From the IMG/VR virus record IMGVR_UViG_3300025821_000011: DNA of 64,000 nucleotides, one strand, 5' to 3'. Positions within the stretch are counted from its first letter, which is position 1; every line of letters begins with the position of its first letter. Of this stretch, positions 63,815 through 64,000 are shown piece after piece. The stretch is from an uncultured virus (IMG/VR IMGVR_UViG_3300025821_000011) (taxonomy: Duplodnaviria; Heunggongvirae; Uroviricota; Caudoviricetes; Crassvirales). Position numbers and translations under genes: made by a program. Below the pieces are notes generated by a model. It ran no database searches and was not told where the DNA came from. It worked only from the letters and a program-made list of their open reading frames with translations.

Positions 63815-64000
63815 TATGAATCTAAAATAATAACGATTTCAACTAAAAAATAACCAAGTTATGAAAGAATATCACGGATTTAATAGCGAACAAGAGTATG
63901 AAGAGTATGCACAGTTAATGTGGTTAATAAATAACAATTAATAAAAATGAGTAGAACAAAAAGAAAAGCCTACACCGGATCTAAAGCGATTGATAAGAGT

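Noticed and set aside
1..64000. Stop-codon reassignment or tRNA genes
   Set aside because: Long genes are intact under the standard code, and no tRNA cloverleaf was recognised by eye.

Overview
AT-rich dsDNA phage sequence, probably most of a Bacteroidota/Flavobacteria-type podovirus-like genome (host assignment is inference from gene style). The + strand (about 62.4-64 kb and 1-21.6 kb) holds early small ORFs, a phage sigma factor, ERF/exonuclease/SSB, primase-helicase, ThyA, NrdAB and a GIY-YIG endonuclease. The - strand (21.7-62 kb) holds endolysin, large internal virion proteins, tail, capsid, portal, terminase, GroES/GroEL and tail fibres. No DNA polymerase or integrase was recognised. 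The main unexpected signal is in the early region (1.0-10.2 kb), which is built as three arrays of integron-like cassettes. Each gene unit is bounded by GTT...AAC inverted repeats, and units are separated by about 17 attC-like hairpins of fixed geometry (AAC-5/6 nt-arm...arm-3 nt-GTT). Many ORFs start inside a hairpin loop and read through the GTT junction. Exact duplications break at the GTT/AAC triplets and give chimeric proteins, suggesting site-specific shuffling of genes and protein domains. Also seen: two phage promoter families, a three-copy spaced palindrome, a duplicated nrdA 3' end flanking the endonuclease, and repeated F(S/A)SK(D/E)L motifs in the 2751-aa virion protein.
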